DNA of 64,000 nucleotides from Camelus ferus (Eukaryota): positions 14,882,001 to 14,946,000 of the forward strand of contig NC_045696.1 in assembly GCF_009834535.1 (NCBI RefSeq). Direction: 5' to 3'. The stretch's first letter is position 1. Each line of letters starts with the position of its first letter. The notes under the pieces were generated by a model. That model did not search any database and was not told where the DNA came from. It saw nothing but the letters and a program-made list of their open reading frames with translations. This document shows positions 12,231 through 25,925 of this stretch, in pieces. A program made the translations under genes and the position numbers.

Positions 12231-13110
12231 CAATGTCCATTAGAGAAGTCACAGAAAATGTGATGGTAGAATCTGAGTATTTTCTTTGTTCTAAGTTTTG
12301 AGCTAAAACTTACTACTTGCAGAAGTTATTCTTTTCTCAAAATGTTTTAATGAATTTTTAGGGCTTAAAAGACACATGGCCAGTGAAATTTCTTAGCATT
12401 TGTTCAGTAAATTACATGCTCTTCCTCTGACTTTTAATTTCACTATTTCTTTCTTTCTCCACTCTCTAACATTCTTCTATAGAAAAACCTAATTTCTTGA
12501 TGACTGATCTCTGTAATTTCCAGTACTTAATTTATAGATTTTTTTGCTCCCATTGCCTTTCCAAAACACACATGTTGTCCCTCCCTTTGCCATGCTCTTC
12601 TCTCCCTGGAATATCATATCCATATGTCAAAACTTATTAGAATCTCTACTGTACTCAAGACCAGAGCAATTTTTCCTTCATCTACATTTGTAATACAACC
12701 TTTTAGAATATGTGGATCAATCATGAAATGCGCTAATATTTTTGTTTTATTTCCTATTTCTTTACATTATTTAACTCACGTGTCATTCTTTAACATGCAT
12801 TATTTATGCTATATGTCTTTCTCTAGCATCCCTCCTTATATAGACTGGTACTCAAAAACTATTGAATTTGTTGATTACAGTGTATCTTTAAAAAAACGTT
12901 AAAGTTTAACTACTACATTTTGAAAAACAGCTATGGCAAGTATGATCTGTAGGATATATTTTTTAAACTACATAAAATTTTCTTTACTACATTATTGAAT
13001 GCTTACCCTGGAATAAGAAATATAAATGATTCTCCATGTTAGGAGAAATAAACTTAAATATTAGTATAGAATGATCTATTCAAAACATCTATGTTATGCT
13101 GGTGGATTAC

Positions 13111-13190
13111 CTCATTGCTGTGGGAAATTTAGAATCAGGAAGTTTTCCTCTTTGTGATCTCCAGTTTCCATGAAACAAACTGCACTAAGG
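13111..13190 (-). pseudogene. Pseudo-exon (80 bp)
   Basis: ttttctctctttaaccag acceptor and GAG|gtaatc donor; LSAVCFMETGDHKEE. Confidence 0.55.
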
Positions 13191-13761
13191 CTGGTTAAAG
13201 AGAGAAAACAATTTTCAGGCATCTTTCAGAATGCTTTAAAGATCTTCTTGATGTTCAAAATAACTACATCCTTGGATATGTATTTAGGTTTCTTTATTCT
13301 CTTCATAGATTTGCACTTTTCCTCCCACATCACTTTTTACAAAATTTAAAAAGTGACCAAATATGCCTCTGGCCAAAGACAGAAGTGTGATGGGAGGTTC
13401 TTGGTGCTCTAATACTGCACAGTCTGAATTTAGATGGGTTTCATCCTACCAATAGATCACAAGGCCGAGGACTTTCTAACTATTCTACCAAAATTTTGTT
13501 ACCCTGTGTGCACACTAGCACTATCTAGAAGGCTTATAATAAAATTCTAAAACCAAAGAATCGAAACAAATATACAAGAAATAAATCTAAAATCTCACTG
13601 GGTCAAATGGTTCAGGCATACGTATTTTTAAACACCCTTCAGAAGATTTAAGTGGGTGGCCAGGGTTAAGATTAAGGGTTAAGACCTAGGGAATGATTGG
13701 TGAGCAAATATATTAAGTATTTACATGGTATGAGGACACCCCTATTCCCCAGGCCCCCTAC

Positions 13762-14600
13762 CTTTCCTCTCTTTTTGATTTCTACTTGGTTTCAGTGCTT
13801 AGTTATTGAACCATCATTGCAATCCCTAGGGTCTTTCTTGCTGTTAACAGCAAGAGGTGAGTTTTCTCTTTGCCAAGAGGCTATTTATTGTTTGCAAGTA
13901 AAACATTCCAACCTTTTCTGTTTTATAGCGTTAGCCTTCTTGTGAGTTGAGTTAATTCTGTGTACCCTCAATGATACACTCCGGTAACTACAATTCACTG
14001 GTGTGAAGCTGAATTCCCAGCAGATTCTGAAGTGTCCTTTCCCTGGAGACATCGTCACTTAGTCATGGAAAACTAGTGGAGAGAAGAGCCAGAGACCTCG
14101 CTGTTGCTCCCACCAAGACTGGATCACTATACCCGGTGAGCCTTTGGGCAGGACTTTGGCTTCCCTTTGGTCCTCTCACAGGCAGAGGACGTGAAGGCAA
14201 CAAGACCACCACCACAAATGGTACCTGCTCTTCTTCTGTTAGTCATCTCCTTGCAAAAGAAAATACTTTTAATATATTGTATACCTTTTCCTTCACATCA
14301 TTTTATTTAAAGCTTTCAGCTTGAAGGAGGTCCTTTAAGGAAGTGACTGAATCTTTAATAACACTCAAGGCTAACAGTTTCATCAGGAAAACTGATAATG
14401 AGAGAGCATTTGATAAATTTTAATAAAATAAATATTCTTGTTGATATTCAGCCTACTAGGATTGAAGACAATTTCTCTCTTTTCCAGAGCCTCATCCCAT
14501 ATAGTATCTTTTGGTGTACCTTCAAATGCTCCCTTATTATTGACTTCTTTTTCTTTGGCAGATGTAGGTTTTCCCCTCATATTAACAGAGAACATTGCAA
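13762..14600 (-). pseudogene. Large pseudo-exon
   Basis: KNIYFIKIYQML, EEQVPFVVV, VGATARSLALLSTSFP, ECIIEGTQN; AAG|gtaggg donor at 13762; 5' boundary approximate. Confidence 0.5.
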
Positions 14601-14669
14601 TCCCTTACTCCCTGCTCCACGCCTAGTCATCTCTCTGTACCTCTTCTTCCTCTAAGAGCCAAGAGTAAT

Positions 14670-15235
14670 AAGCCTACAATCTGTGCTCAGGGTTTCCACC
14701 TCATTCTTTCCCATTGAATCCTCCATGTGTTGTAACTTGGCTTTCATTCCAACAATTCCTCTAAACCTGCCTTACTATCTCCCCAAGAACCTCTTCTTAC
14801 CAATCCAAGTTTTTATCCAACTTAGTCTCTAGGGCATTTAACAACACAGACTCTTTTGCAATCCCTTTTTTAGTTCCTTTGACTTTAATCACACTTATTG
14901 TCATTTTGTGTCTGTAATCACTTTTCTTTTTTCGGGCACTGCTCAAGGCTTAAAAGTTGCCATTCCATAAAATGTTGTCCTTAGATTTTTCTTCTTCTCA
15001 ATTTTTACACTTTCCCTGAACAATTCCTTCCATGTTGTTTGTTTGAGCTACTCATCACAATGACTTTAGTATTAAATTGCCTATAAGTATTTTTATTTCA
15101 TAGGATGCACCAGTCAAATTGTCCAAAGCCAAATTCATCTCCCTCCTCCGATTTTCACTCTTTTATACATTCATTCAACAGTTATTTATTGAACACTTTT
15201 TATACGTTAGGTGTTACTATAAATGTATAGTTACG
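14670..15235. mobile_element. L2 fragments (sense ORF piece plus antisense 3' tail)
   Basis: tggctttcattccaacaattcctctaaacctgc...gcatttaacaacac and cattcattcaacagttatttattgaacac. Confidence 0.7.
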
Positions 15236-15259
15236 TTATGGGTATCAATTGATGATTTA

Positions 15260-15768
15260 GTGTGTCAGGGACATTCCCAATACTTCCTTCACATTCATAA
15301 CACTGTTTCTGGATAATTATACTTTTTTAGTGTCCGTGCGTCCTTCCCACAATCTGTATTTTATGATGGAATATAAATGGCAAAGGTGAGCTAACTGGCA
15401 TGATGTTAATCAGCAGCCACGGGATTTATCAAAGCTCAGCAAGTGAGACTGGAGAAGGTATTTCTAGAACAGCACGCTCTGTCTGTATCTTTTGAGGTGG
15501 TGCAGCGTGGGAATCTGCGTACCTCTGTGGTTACCCTCCTTCCCAGAAGAAAGCCGCCTTAGGATAAACAAGGCTCATTACGGAAGGCAGAGGAGACTCA
15601 TTAAAGAACCCTGCTTCCTGATGAGGTAGCAAAGCAACAAAATCCAACAAAACATGAGCCTTTGAACTCTCTTGATGGATAGGCCAGTAAATCCATTTTA
15701 TTGTTTGAACCAATTTGAGTTACATTTTCCATCATGTCAAAGTGGAAGACTCCTCAGTGTTATAGAGG
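15260..15768 (+). mobile_element. Ancient ERVL/MaLR-type LTR
   Basis: 3' end gccagtaaatccattttattgtttgaaccaatttgagttacattttcc...actcctcagtgttata; family uncertain. Confidence 0.55.
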
Positions 15769-15769
15769 G

Positions 15770-16150
15770 CGTTGTTAGAAATTGCCACGGCAACGTTGCT
15801 GCTTTCTGTAGGCAGTTGCTTCTTCAGTGTGCTTGGAGTGGCGATAAAGAACAATTTTTACCAAAAATAGCCTTCTTCTGTTTGATCAAAGGACAGACAC
15901 TCCATAAAGGCAGTAACTATTTTGATGGGACTTATGAACACATCGAGCAATTCTGACAAAATGAGGATGAAGGACTGGTGTTTTTTTTTTTTTTTTTTGT
16001 AGGTGGGCTATGCAATCTACAAAGCCTTTGGTTTCACCAAATTCTGTACTGGTTTGGACAACAAGGGACTGGGTGGTATCTGGGAAAGATTATTGCTGCA
16101 GCCTCCAGGGAACTTTGGATGAGAAGGAGTGTGTGATTCCCAATTCACAT
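15770..16150 (-). pseudogene. Pseudo-exon abutting an LTR
   Basis: WRLQQ*SFPDTTQSLVVQTSTEFGETKGFVDCIAHL, an expanded A-run, then ELLDVFISPIKIVTAF...KLFFIATPSTLKKQLP. Boundaries approximate. Confidence 0.45.
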
Positions 16151-17404
16151 AAATTGTGTTTACCTCAAAAAGCAGCCTCTATGTCAATATGCAATGCATT
16201 AAGTTGATGTAGATAGGAGAAGAATAGAAACAGAATGTAACTATATGAAATATTTGTTTCAAAGTTACTTTTTAAAATATTCATAGTCTTTTAGGTAATG
16301 GAATTTTGGAAAGTAAATTGATATTTTTGTGTTGTGTGGAACAGAACATATATTAGGTTTTAGCAACATTTAAAACAAATGGATTGAAGCGAGTTATCAT
16401 TGAAGAAATTTCCGATACCCTTGCCTACCTTGTTTGAAAGCCCTTATCCTTAGTTACAGTCATGAATTTCAGGAAAGCCATCGTGAATTTTGAGTGGAGA
16501 CTGAGTCCGGGTTGGAATTTTGCTGTTTTTTAAATTCCTTGGGTTGTTTGAGTATTTTTTAGAGTGAGACCAGACTAGTGAACTTTTGTCTCCATAAAAG
16601 TGTTGTTTATGACTGAACCATACTCTGCCTATTAACTGCTTCCCTCTTTCAATCAATACATTTTCACAGTATCCACCAACCTAAATGGAAGCTCAAACTG
16701 CATGACAAGTACAGATTGCTATTGTCACATGCACACTTGTTACAAATCAGGATAAACACTAAGTGACCCCTGAGCCCAGGATTCAAGTCACACTTGATTT
16801 TTTAACTTTCTGTGGAAAGTAGTGTCCAGAAGTCCCTTTTCAATTTGTTTATTTATCATGCTGGTGCTTCAAAAGAAATCATACCAATAAATAAAACAAA
16901 TAAACTAATATCATTCTTTTCCACCTATTAAATATTAGAGAAAAAAGATCATAAATTAAACCAAAGTTCTTAAGCCCAACTCTCCTGGCACAACACATTA
17001 AAACAAATTTTATACAGTGTTTAACACATGTTTAATGCTAAGGAAGATACTCAAATGTTTTATTTTATGGATTTTAATGTAAAATACAGGCTTCTTTAAA
17101 TAACTCATATTAATACTGTTTGCTTCTGCTACATCTAACGTGATAATTATTTATGCGTATAAATAAAAAGAATTTAACATACTTTAAAACCAGATCTAAT
17201 GTGCCAGTATTGCCTAAATTGATCAAAATATAAGTTAGTCAAATAAAAACTCAGGTATAATTATACATTTTTGGCAACATAAATATGTTATCAGAAATTT
17301 CAAGACTTTTTCAATTAAGTCTCAATTATTAATTAATTAAAATATATTCCATGCCAAAACATTAAATTCTGATATCATATTGTGTTAAATCAGGATGCAT
17401 CTAA

Positions 17405-17710
17405 AGTACTGACAGGCAAACTTTTTCTGTAAAAAAATAAATAAATATTAATATTAATAAATTAATAAAATAAATAAAATAATTAATAATTGATTTTAAA
17501 ATTAATAAATAGATAATAAATATTCTAGCCTTGTGGTCTATAGGTCTCTGTCATAAATAAACTCTGTTATTTTAAACTTGAAAGCAGTCATAGACAATAT
17601 GTAAATAAATGAGGTGCCTGTGTTTCAATAAAGCTTTGTTTACCAAAAAAAAAAAAAAAAAAAAGGCTGTGGGCTGGATTTGGTCCAAAAGCCAGTTTTG
17701 CTGACCTCTG
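17405..17710. mobile_element. MER58A-like hAT MITE with internal AT-rich expansion
   Basis: ggcaaactttttctgtaaa...aaagcagtcatagacaatatgtaaataaatg...gggctggatttgg...ctgacctctg. Confidence 0.88.
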
Positions 17711-17971
17711 ATTTAGATATATAAAACATATTGTTTTCTAATTTCTTAATTAGATAAATATATTCAGTGCAACATAATTATTACATTTTCTGATTGTATA
17801 TGTATATACACACACACATATAGAGGCATACGTGGGAGATATCGTAAGTGTGGTTCCAGACCACCATGATAAAATAAATGAATAAATAAAGCAAATCATT
17901 TGAAACTCCTGGTTTCCCAGAGTGTATAAAGGTTATGTTTACACTATACTGTAGTCTTAAGTATGCAATTG

Positions 17972-18616
17972 TGTTGCCGGTGGAGGCAACTGGTGTTCCA
18001 GATTCTTGTCCCATCCCAGAAGGAATTCAGAGACAAGACACAGTGGTCAAAAAAGTAAAGTGAGGATTTATTAAAGGATGGATAGTACACTCTCAAGAGG
18101 AAAGCAGGCAGGCTCAGGTGAGAAGCTGCCCTGAGTTTCTTTGGCAAGTTACTTTCATAGGGTGTAGAAATGAATGGGTGGAATAGTCATTGAGGAGGGA
18201 AGGGCTTGGGTTCATATTTCCTGATTATCATCCCAAGTCCACCTTCCCAAAGGGAGAAGGGATTTTTGTCCTTATTTAGTCTGGATCAGAAGTGTCATGG
18301 CATCGGTGCTTGATGGGTACTTCTGATCTGCATGACTAATTTTATTGAGATGAGGGCATAATGAGCAAAAGGTTACATTTGGACACTGGAAATTCCTGTC
18401 TTTTCTGACATTTCTTTGTTGGTCTCCAGGCCAAAAGTGTGGCCCCTTATCAGCCCAAAGATTCCTGCTTTTCTTTCTCTGCCTAGGGACCCCTGGTGCT
18501 TACATGATGTATGTTTTTCTGCATTTGGCTTGTGCCCCTCCTTTCTGCACAATTCCTGCCATTTGGTCTGTATCCACCTTTCTCTTCTCATATCTAGCTA
18601 TCTGCCTGCTCTAACA
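17972..18616 (-). mobile_element. Solo ERV LTR nested in Tigger1
   Basis: TGTT...AACA termini, 4-bp TSD attg/atag, minus-strand AATAAA near 18067. Confidence 0.88.
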
Positions 18617-18854
18617 ATAGCATTGTCTTAGAAAGTGTACATACCTTAATTTAAAAATACTTTATTGTTAAATAAAACATTCTGCCCACCATCTGAGCCT
18701 TCAGGGCGTAGTGATCTTTTTGTTATTGGAGGGTCTTGCCTCAGTGTTAATGACTGGTGACCGATTAGGGTGGTGATGGCTGAAGGCTGGTGTGGCTGTG
18801 GCAGTTTCTTAAAGTGAGACAATGAAGTTTGCTGCATCAATTAACTCTTCCTCT

Positions 18855-19230
18855 TGTAACAGAAGAACAAACCTGACTCTATATTGGGTCTGTTCCTTTA
18901 GCTCTAACCTTTGTGCTCTGTTTCCTGTGCTTAGTCATGTTAGCTCTGGATCTTTATCTAAAAGAATGTTGCCTACAGCCTGAAATATACATCTAGCCCC
19001 TTGTCAAGTTTCTGCCTCTAGGCTTAACCTGTAAACCCATAACACTTTTCATTCACATAGAGACAAAAAGCTACAGAACAGAAAATAACATTTGTCTTGT
19101 TGGAGATTTACAGGAACATTGTGACCTGACCAACATGGACCGCTGTAAGAACAAAGGATTATCACATCTCCTCCACAGTCTAGCTGGCACCAAGAAGTAT
19201 GTAACAATCAGCCACACCCTCTTCCCTTTT
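18855..19230 (+). mobile_element. ERV LTR 5' part, truncated by L1
   Basis: Begins tgtaacag at a break in Tigger1; LTR-like U3 content; no CA end found. Confidence 0.7.
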
Positions 19231-20152
19231 ATTTTTTTAAATTTATTTATTTTTTAATTGAAGTATAGTTGATTTACAACTTGTGTTAGTTTCTGTTGTA
19301 CTGCAGAGTGATTCAGTCATATATATATATTGTTTATCGTATTCTTTTTTATTATAGATTATTATGGGATATTGAATACAGTTTCCTGTGCTACACAGTA
19401 GGTCCTTGTTGATTATCTATTTTATGTATACTAGTTTGTGTCTTCTAATCCCAAATTCTTCATTTATCTCTCCTCCACTTTCCCCTCTGGTAACCATAAG
19501 TTTGTTTTCTATGCCTGTGAGTCTGTTTCTGTTTTTTAAATAAGTTTATTTGTATCATTTTTTAGATTCCATGTATAAGTGATATCATATGATATTTATC
19601 TTTCTATGTCTGACTTACTTCACTTAATATGATAATCTTTAGGTTCATACATGTTGCAGCAAATGGCATTATTTCATTATTTTTTATAGCTGAGTAGTAT
19701 TCCATTGTGTGTGTGTGTGTGTATACACACATATATATATCCAATCATCTACCAATGGACATTTAGGTTGCTTCCATGTCTTGGCTATTGTAAATAAATA
19801 GTGCTGCTATGAACATTGGGGTGCATGTATCTTTTCAAATTAGATTTTTCTCTGGATATACGCCCAGGAGTGGGATTGCTGAATCAGATGGTATCTCTAT
19901 TTTTTTTTGAGGAAATTCCATACTGTTTTCCATAGTGGTTACATTCCCTCCAACAGTGTAGGAGGGTTCCCTTTCTCCACACCTTCTCCAGTATTTGTGG
20001 ACTTTTTAATGATGGCCATTCTGACCAGTGTGAGGTGACACCTCATTGTAGTTTTGATTTGTATTTCTCTGATAATCAGTAATATTGAGCACCATTTCAT
20101 ATGCCTACTGGCCCTCTGTATGCCTTCATTGGAGAGATGTTTGTTTAGGTCT
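19231..20152 (-). mobile_element. 5'-truncated cetartiodactyl-type L1
   Basis: T-rich tail, then attgaagtatagttgatttacaa 3' UTR and antisense ORF2 end. Confidence 0.95.
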
Positions 20153-20919
20153 CAAACCCTGTTGCTGCTTTATCAACTAAATTGATGTGGTATTCTAAAT
20201 CTTTTATTGTAATTTCAATAATCTATTAAGTTCACCATTTTATATGCTTGAGGTTCATGGTGCTCTAAAACAATTGCAATAGTAACATCAAATATCACTG
20301 ATGGCAGGTCACCATAACAAATACAATAAAAATGAAAAGTCTGAAATATTGTGAGAATTACCAAACTGTGACACAAAGTGTAAAAACACAATATCTACAA
20401 ACATAATAGAGAAAAGCCCAATAAAATGAGGTGTGCCTATAAATATAATTTTCTAATGTCTCCCAAAATAAAAGTCATCTTACAAAGGTTAATAAAAATG
20501 TCCCCATTATCATCAAATAAAGTTAAGCATGTCACTCTTTCAGGACTAAATATTTTAGAAAAAAAAATTTAGTAGATTTATGAAATTCACCTTTATATTA
20601 ACATTCTTATAAGAATTCTATTTATAATACATTTATATGGTCTTTGATATTTAAATAATTTGAAGACAGTACATATTAGCATAATACGTGTTAATCCAAC
20701 AAATGTGAATATATTTTAAGTTTCATTTTTAAAAGTCTTATGTCTGTTTACTTGATGATGATGAAGTATTGACTTTTGTCTTAAATTTAATCAGTTATTA
20801 CTAATGTCAACTTGTATAAAAACTGCTATAATGGAAATATCTCAAAGCATGTAATATCTTGTTATCTTCTGTAGCACATTTGCCAATACAATACTAACAA
20901 TAGTAAAAAGAAAGGGTGT

Positions 20920-23900
20920 TCTGATGTTAGAGCTAATATATAAAAAGCTTGGGAGTCATCACTGCATAGTTACAATAAGAAAAAATAAGTAAACTAAAAG
21001 CCAATGACTTTTCTTGGACTTAGAGAAATATGATAACAGGACAAAACACAACTTTATAATCTGAAGAGATAGCAAATCTGAGAGTCAGAGCAATGTCTCC
21101 TAACTTGGGGTAGACACTACTCAAGCCAAAAGCTGGTAGGAAAACTTGAGTGGGAATTTTGACAAATTGCTGGAGGCTGACTGCAGACTAGCATAAAACG
21201 GAGAAAAACTTGTGGACCAGATTCTTGGGACTTTTATGGCTTCTACTTCCAAAAACCTTACCAGATTCTTATAGCGAAGAGTCCAGAAAGATTGAATGTG
21301 GCTCTGGCAGGATGGGAGATGGGGCCATGAGAAATACACTCAAAACATTGTTTGTAACAAAGGCCAACTCTCTCAGAAATGGATTTTACTAGAGCTTTGT
21401 CTGATGTATAGGAAGAGAACTTGCTTGACTTTAGCACCAACAGGCTTTTTGTTTAACCTAAGAGCAGGGGAGTTAAACACTAGTTAAAGTCACAGTTCAG
21501 GGTTACAAGCCAATTTAAATACTGAGATTTAAACATAAGATTATAGAACACTTCTCCACATCCTACTCTAATACCAATAGATTTTCAGGTTAGTAACAGC
21601 TGATTACAGATGAAAAACCTGCAGGATGCAGACTGTATCTAAGAAAGAGCTCTTAGCAAACCTCAGAGACAACATGAGAGACAAAATCTAAAACACCAGA
21701 GGAATTTGAAGCCGTTGGCACCTACAACCTGTGGAAATATTAAGCAAAGCGAACTCCTAGCAAGAGTAACATAAACCATTACACCAAAGACCTATTTACT
21801 CAATGCATCATGTCCAAACTTCAACAAAATTACAAAGCATGCTAAAAGACAAGAAAAAACACAGTCTGAAGAGACAAGGCAAACATCAAGAACAGACAGA
21901 TATAAAACAGATGTTGAAATTATCAGACAGAATTTAAAATAGCAATGATTAACACATTATAAACTCTAATGGAAAAAATTGACAACATGGAAGAACAGAT
22001 GGGTAATACAAACAAACAGATGGAAACACTAAGAAAGAATTAAGAAGAAATGTTAGAAATCAAAAACACTGCAATAGGTTTGAAGAATGCCTTTGATCAT
22101 CTCATCAGTAGACTGGACACAGCCAAGGAAAAAATCAGTGAGCTGGAATATATGCCACTAAGAACTTCTCAAATTTAGCTGTAGAGAGGAAAAGGAATAG
22201 GGGGCCAAAAAAAACAAACAAACAAAAAAAAAAAAAACAAAAGACAGAATATCTAAGAGCCATAGGACAATTTCAAAGAATGTAACTTCTATGTGATTAG
22301 AATACCAAAAGGAGAAAATATCGAATGGAGCAGGAGAGATATTTGAAACAAAAATGGCCAAGGATTTTCCAAAATCAGTGACAAACACAAATAATAGATC
22401 TAAGAAACTCAGAGAATATCAAGTAGATTAAATACTGAAAAATTTACACTAAACGTAATGTATTCAAATTGAAGAAAATCAAGATGATAAAATCTTGAAA
22501 AAGGAAAGAGAAATATCACCTTATCTATGGAGGAAAAGAATAAGACTTATATTGAACTTCTCATCAGAAAACATACAAAAAAGTAGTGGGGTGACAAAAT
22601 TAATTTATTTAAAGGAAAAGAGCTACCAATCCAGAATCCTTTGTCAAACAAAATTATACCTTAGAAGACAAGGTGAAATAAAGACTTACTCAAAAAACCC
22701 AAAAGCTTAGCCTATTCATAATTAACAGACTTGTCCTTAAAAAAATATCAAAAGAAAATTATTCAGGGAGAATGAAAAGCATATAGATGTGATGCTCAAA
22801 TCTATATAAAGAAAGGAAAATGTCAGAAAATAAGAGTACAATAAATGTTCTAATTTTTATTCTTGATGATATGAACATGTTTAAAATAATAACCGGAACA
22901 ATGTATTTCATGATTATAGCAGATGAATAAATTTAGATTTCAAGAGGCAGGAGAGAATGATGTTTGGATAAAGCATGAGGGTGTTTTTAGGGCAGTGTAA
23001 CTGTTCTGTTATGGCACTACAATGGTGGATACACAACACTGTGCATTTGTTAAAATGCATAAAGTTTACAGAACAAGAGTAAATCCTAATGTCTGCAAAT
23101 TTCAAGAATGATTTAGGAGTTCAGAGGATCCCAGGATTAAATACTGACAGCGACAAGATAATCTGATTTTATTACAAGTCTCTAAACAGCCTCACTGAAT
23201 GGGGTTGTAGGGAAAGATGCCGACCTAAGTAACTTGGGAAACAAGTGGAATCTCTGACTAAAGAAAAAAGGAACTGTATGTATGCACTATAATCTAATTG
23301 ATGCAGTTTTTTCCCCATCATGGTATGCAATCGAAATTATGAAACCACCGTACATGTATACTAGACACTGAACAAGGATGTAAATGGATGGGGACAGTGG
23401 GATCCAAATTTCTCCTTGTTGGTGTGGGAGGTTGCAGGTAACCAAAGGGAAGAGGCTAGAATGATCCATTTGATAATGAATTGCATTTGAATATATCAGT
23501 ATGAACTCATGGTTAGCTTAGTACAGAAGTTATCACATAGAAATAGTTGTAGACATGTGTATACACACAAGTTACTATTTATACATATATTCCCCTGTTC
23601 TGAAAGCTGAGAGGGCCTAGAAGCAAAGACACCCTTGTAGTACTGGGCACCGTTGCTCGCAGACCTTCAATTATAATACCAATCTTCAACCAAAGAAACC
23701 AGGGCTCCTTAGATACACGGCTGATTTTAGGACTGGAGGAGGAAAGATACAAGATCAATCTGGAGTATTTTGTAGTTCCAGAAAGTAAGAAAGTACTCAA
23801 AACACACACACACCACCCACACACAATGATAAGGGTATGTTAAAGAGACACGGGGACCAACTGAAATAGCTCTCCATGGCTAAAGATAGAACAATTTGAA

Positions 23901-24730
23901 CAAGGAAATAAATAAGTAGGATTGGATTAAAATCCAAAACATAAAATCAACATCCGTGCAGCTATAATGTTATACTTAAATGAATGGATAAATAAACGGG
24001 AGAGGAGACAAACCTCTCACGCTGAAGAATTTCAAATAATTTATGCAGATATGCTGCCTCGTGGAAGGGCAGCATAATATCTCATTTCCTAAGTAAAGGC
24101 TATGCATAATGACTTCCTTCCAAAAGGTACAATAAGGAAAGGCGAAGGGAGTCACTTTACAATGGGGACAGCTGACAAAGCACCACCCCAGCCCTCGATG
24201 TTGATCAAGGGCAATGTCAGTGCTGAAAAGTTGTGTTGATAGTATACGCCTTTGCTATGTTGTGATGAAAATGGTGCTTCTCCTGTGTGGTCTTCCTCTC
24301 AGACACCCAAAGCCATGGTCTAACCATGGAAAAAAGCATCAAGTTCGAACAGAGGGCTCCAGCTACCCAGCTGAGCAGTACACCTCAGAACCACCAAGAG
24401 CATCAAAACACGGGACGCCTGATAAACCATCACAGCCAAAAAGATTTTAAGGAGACATGACAGCTAAATGTACTGTGGTAACTTGAATAGGATCCTGAAA
24501 CATAAAGGGCATTAGATAAAAACCAAGGAAGTCTCCATAAAGTATAGCTTCTAGTATAGTTACATACCTATATTGGTTTATTAATTTTGACAAACATTCC
24601 ATAAAACTGTAAGATAAAAATAGTAAGGGAATCTGTGTATAGAGTTACGAGAACTCCTTAGACAATACTCATCATTTTTCAGTAAATCTAGAACATTTCC
24701 AAAAAATAAAATACATGATAAAAATAAAAG
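20920..24730 (+). mobile_element. L1MC/L1MD-type element: 5' UTR and ORF1 joined to 3' UTR
   Basis: ORF1 remnants at ~21800-22800 (IRLILNFSSE...ILCQTKL...GEIKTYS) and a long 3' UTR (gagggcctagaagcaaagacacc...) from ~22940. Confidence 0.85.
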
Positions 24731-25414
24731 TATTTAACTATGTTCTTCATCCTTAAACTGAGATTTAAGACTTTGTTTAAAATGTCAAGTCAATTGACAT
24801 TCATAAATATATGTGTGCAGTGTCATTTCTTAACTATTCAACCACATGACATTTGTGCTTATCACTGATGCTAAGTTTAACATTTTCCTTTTCAACATAT
24901 CTTATGCCTTAATTAAAATAAAATGAGCCTAAAATTTAATGTACCTTCAAATACTAGTTAATAACACTGACAAATGCTCTCAGTATGCTAATAACCACCT
25001 CCTGTATGTCGCTAAGTTTCTCAAAACAAAACCTAAGGATTTTTATTATTAAACATACATCACATTCTTATACTGCTATCGGAACTACATGAATATGTGC
25101 AATATTTATTTCTATGCTTTAAAGTTAGGCTAAATGCTGTTTTGTGGCTGCCAGCTAAACCTGATCTGACACAGAGTAGATGTTGTTGGTTTTCTATAAA
25201 AATTGGATCAATAGGAGTGAAAAACAGTTCTGTTTAATGCAGGAATAAATGCTTTTTAATGATTCTCCTGGTGTCTTACAACATTATTTGATATTTTGAT
25301 AGCCTAATGAAACAAAGGCTAAGTTTTTCACATTTAGAGATTGTAGGGCAGAATAGAGGGGAAAAGGAACCTTGACATTCTCACCAAATATTACTGTTCA
25401 TGGGGAAATACACC

Positions 25415-25618
25415 GAGTTGTTTTCTCATTGTTGTTGGTGGTGTTAATTGTCATGGTGTCGGTGGTGGTGATGGTAGTAATGATGATGGTATTTGTGCTG
25501 CTGCTCGTCTTGGGAGATGATGTTAGTGGGGGTGGGGGTGGTATGGTGATTATTGTGTAGTGGTTCTTGGTGGATATTGGGGGCTTTGTTGGAGCACTGT
25601 TGGTGGAAGTGGTATTAT
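25415..25618. repeat. Degenerate (GGT/GTT/GAT)n low-complexity tract
   Basis: Trinucleotide-periodic G/T-rich sequence. Confidence 0.85.
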
Positions 25619-25729
25619 TAAAAATATGCAACAAAACAAACAAAATTCTTACAAATTCTTATAGTCCCATGGGCTAAAATATTCACTAAGGGATTAACCT
25701 TTTAAGGTGAGCTTGTGAGTAACTTAAGT

Positions 25730-25925
25730 GGTCTCAGAACATGGTTATTGGGCATGTCTGACTTGCAGGCTGGAGCTCTGGAAATTCTTTCACATCTATG
25801 CCTTGCTCTCGGTGGCTTTGACCAATAATGGCCAACATGACTATATAAGATAAGAGTCTCACGTTCATATTTTCCAGGAATTTTCCTAGTACCACTCTGG
25901 TCTTTGGCTTGCTGCTCCAGTGCAA
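25730..25925 (-). pseudogene. Possible pseudo-exon
   Basis: KPKTRVVLGKFLEN...REQGIDVKEFPELQP (ORF 25734-25973); splice sites unclear. Confidence 0.35.

Larger units (their letters stand above)
17823..20439 (-). mobile_element. Internally deleted Tigger1 hosting nested insertions
   Basis: Both TIRs with TA flanks; pieces 17823-17971, 18617-18854 and ~20150-20439 match the full Tigger1 at 49088-51563. Confidence 0.92.

Noticed and set aside
15781..15794. RFX X-box promoter (attgccacggcaac)
   Set aside because: Two mismatches to the palindrome, no promoter context, and it lies inside a minus-strand pseudo-exon frame (NVAVAI).
25372..25643. Val-rich and Thr-rich ORFs resembling membrane or mucin-like proteins
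   Set aside because: Products of a degenerate trinucleotide repeat.
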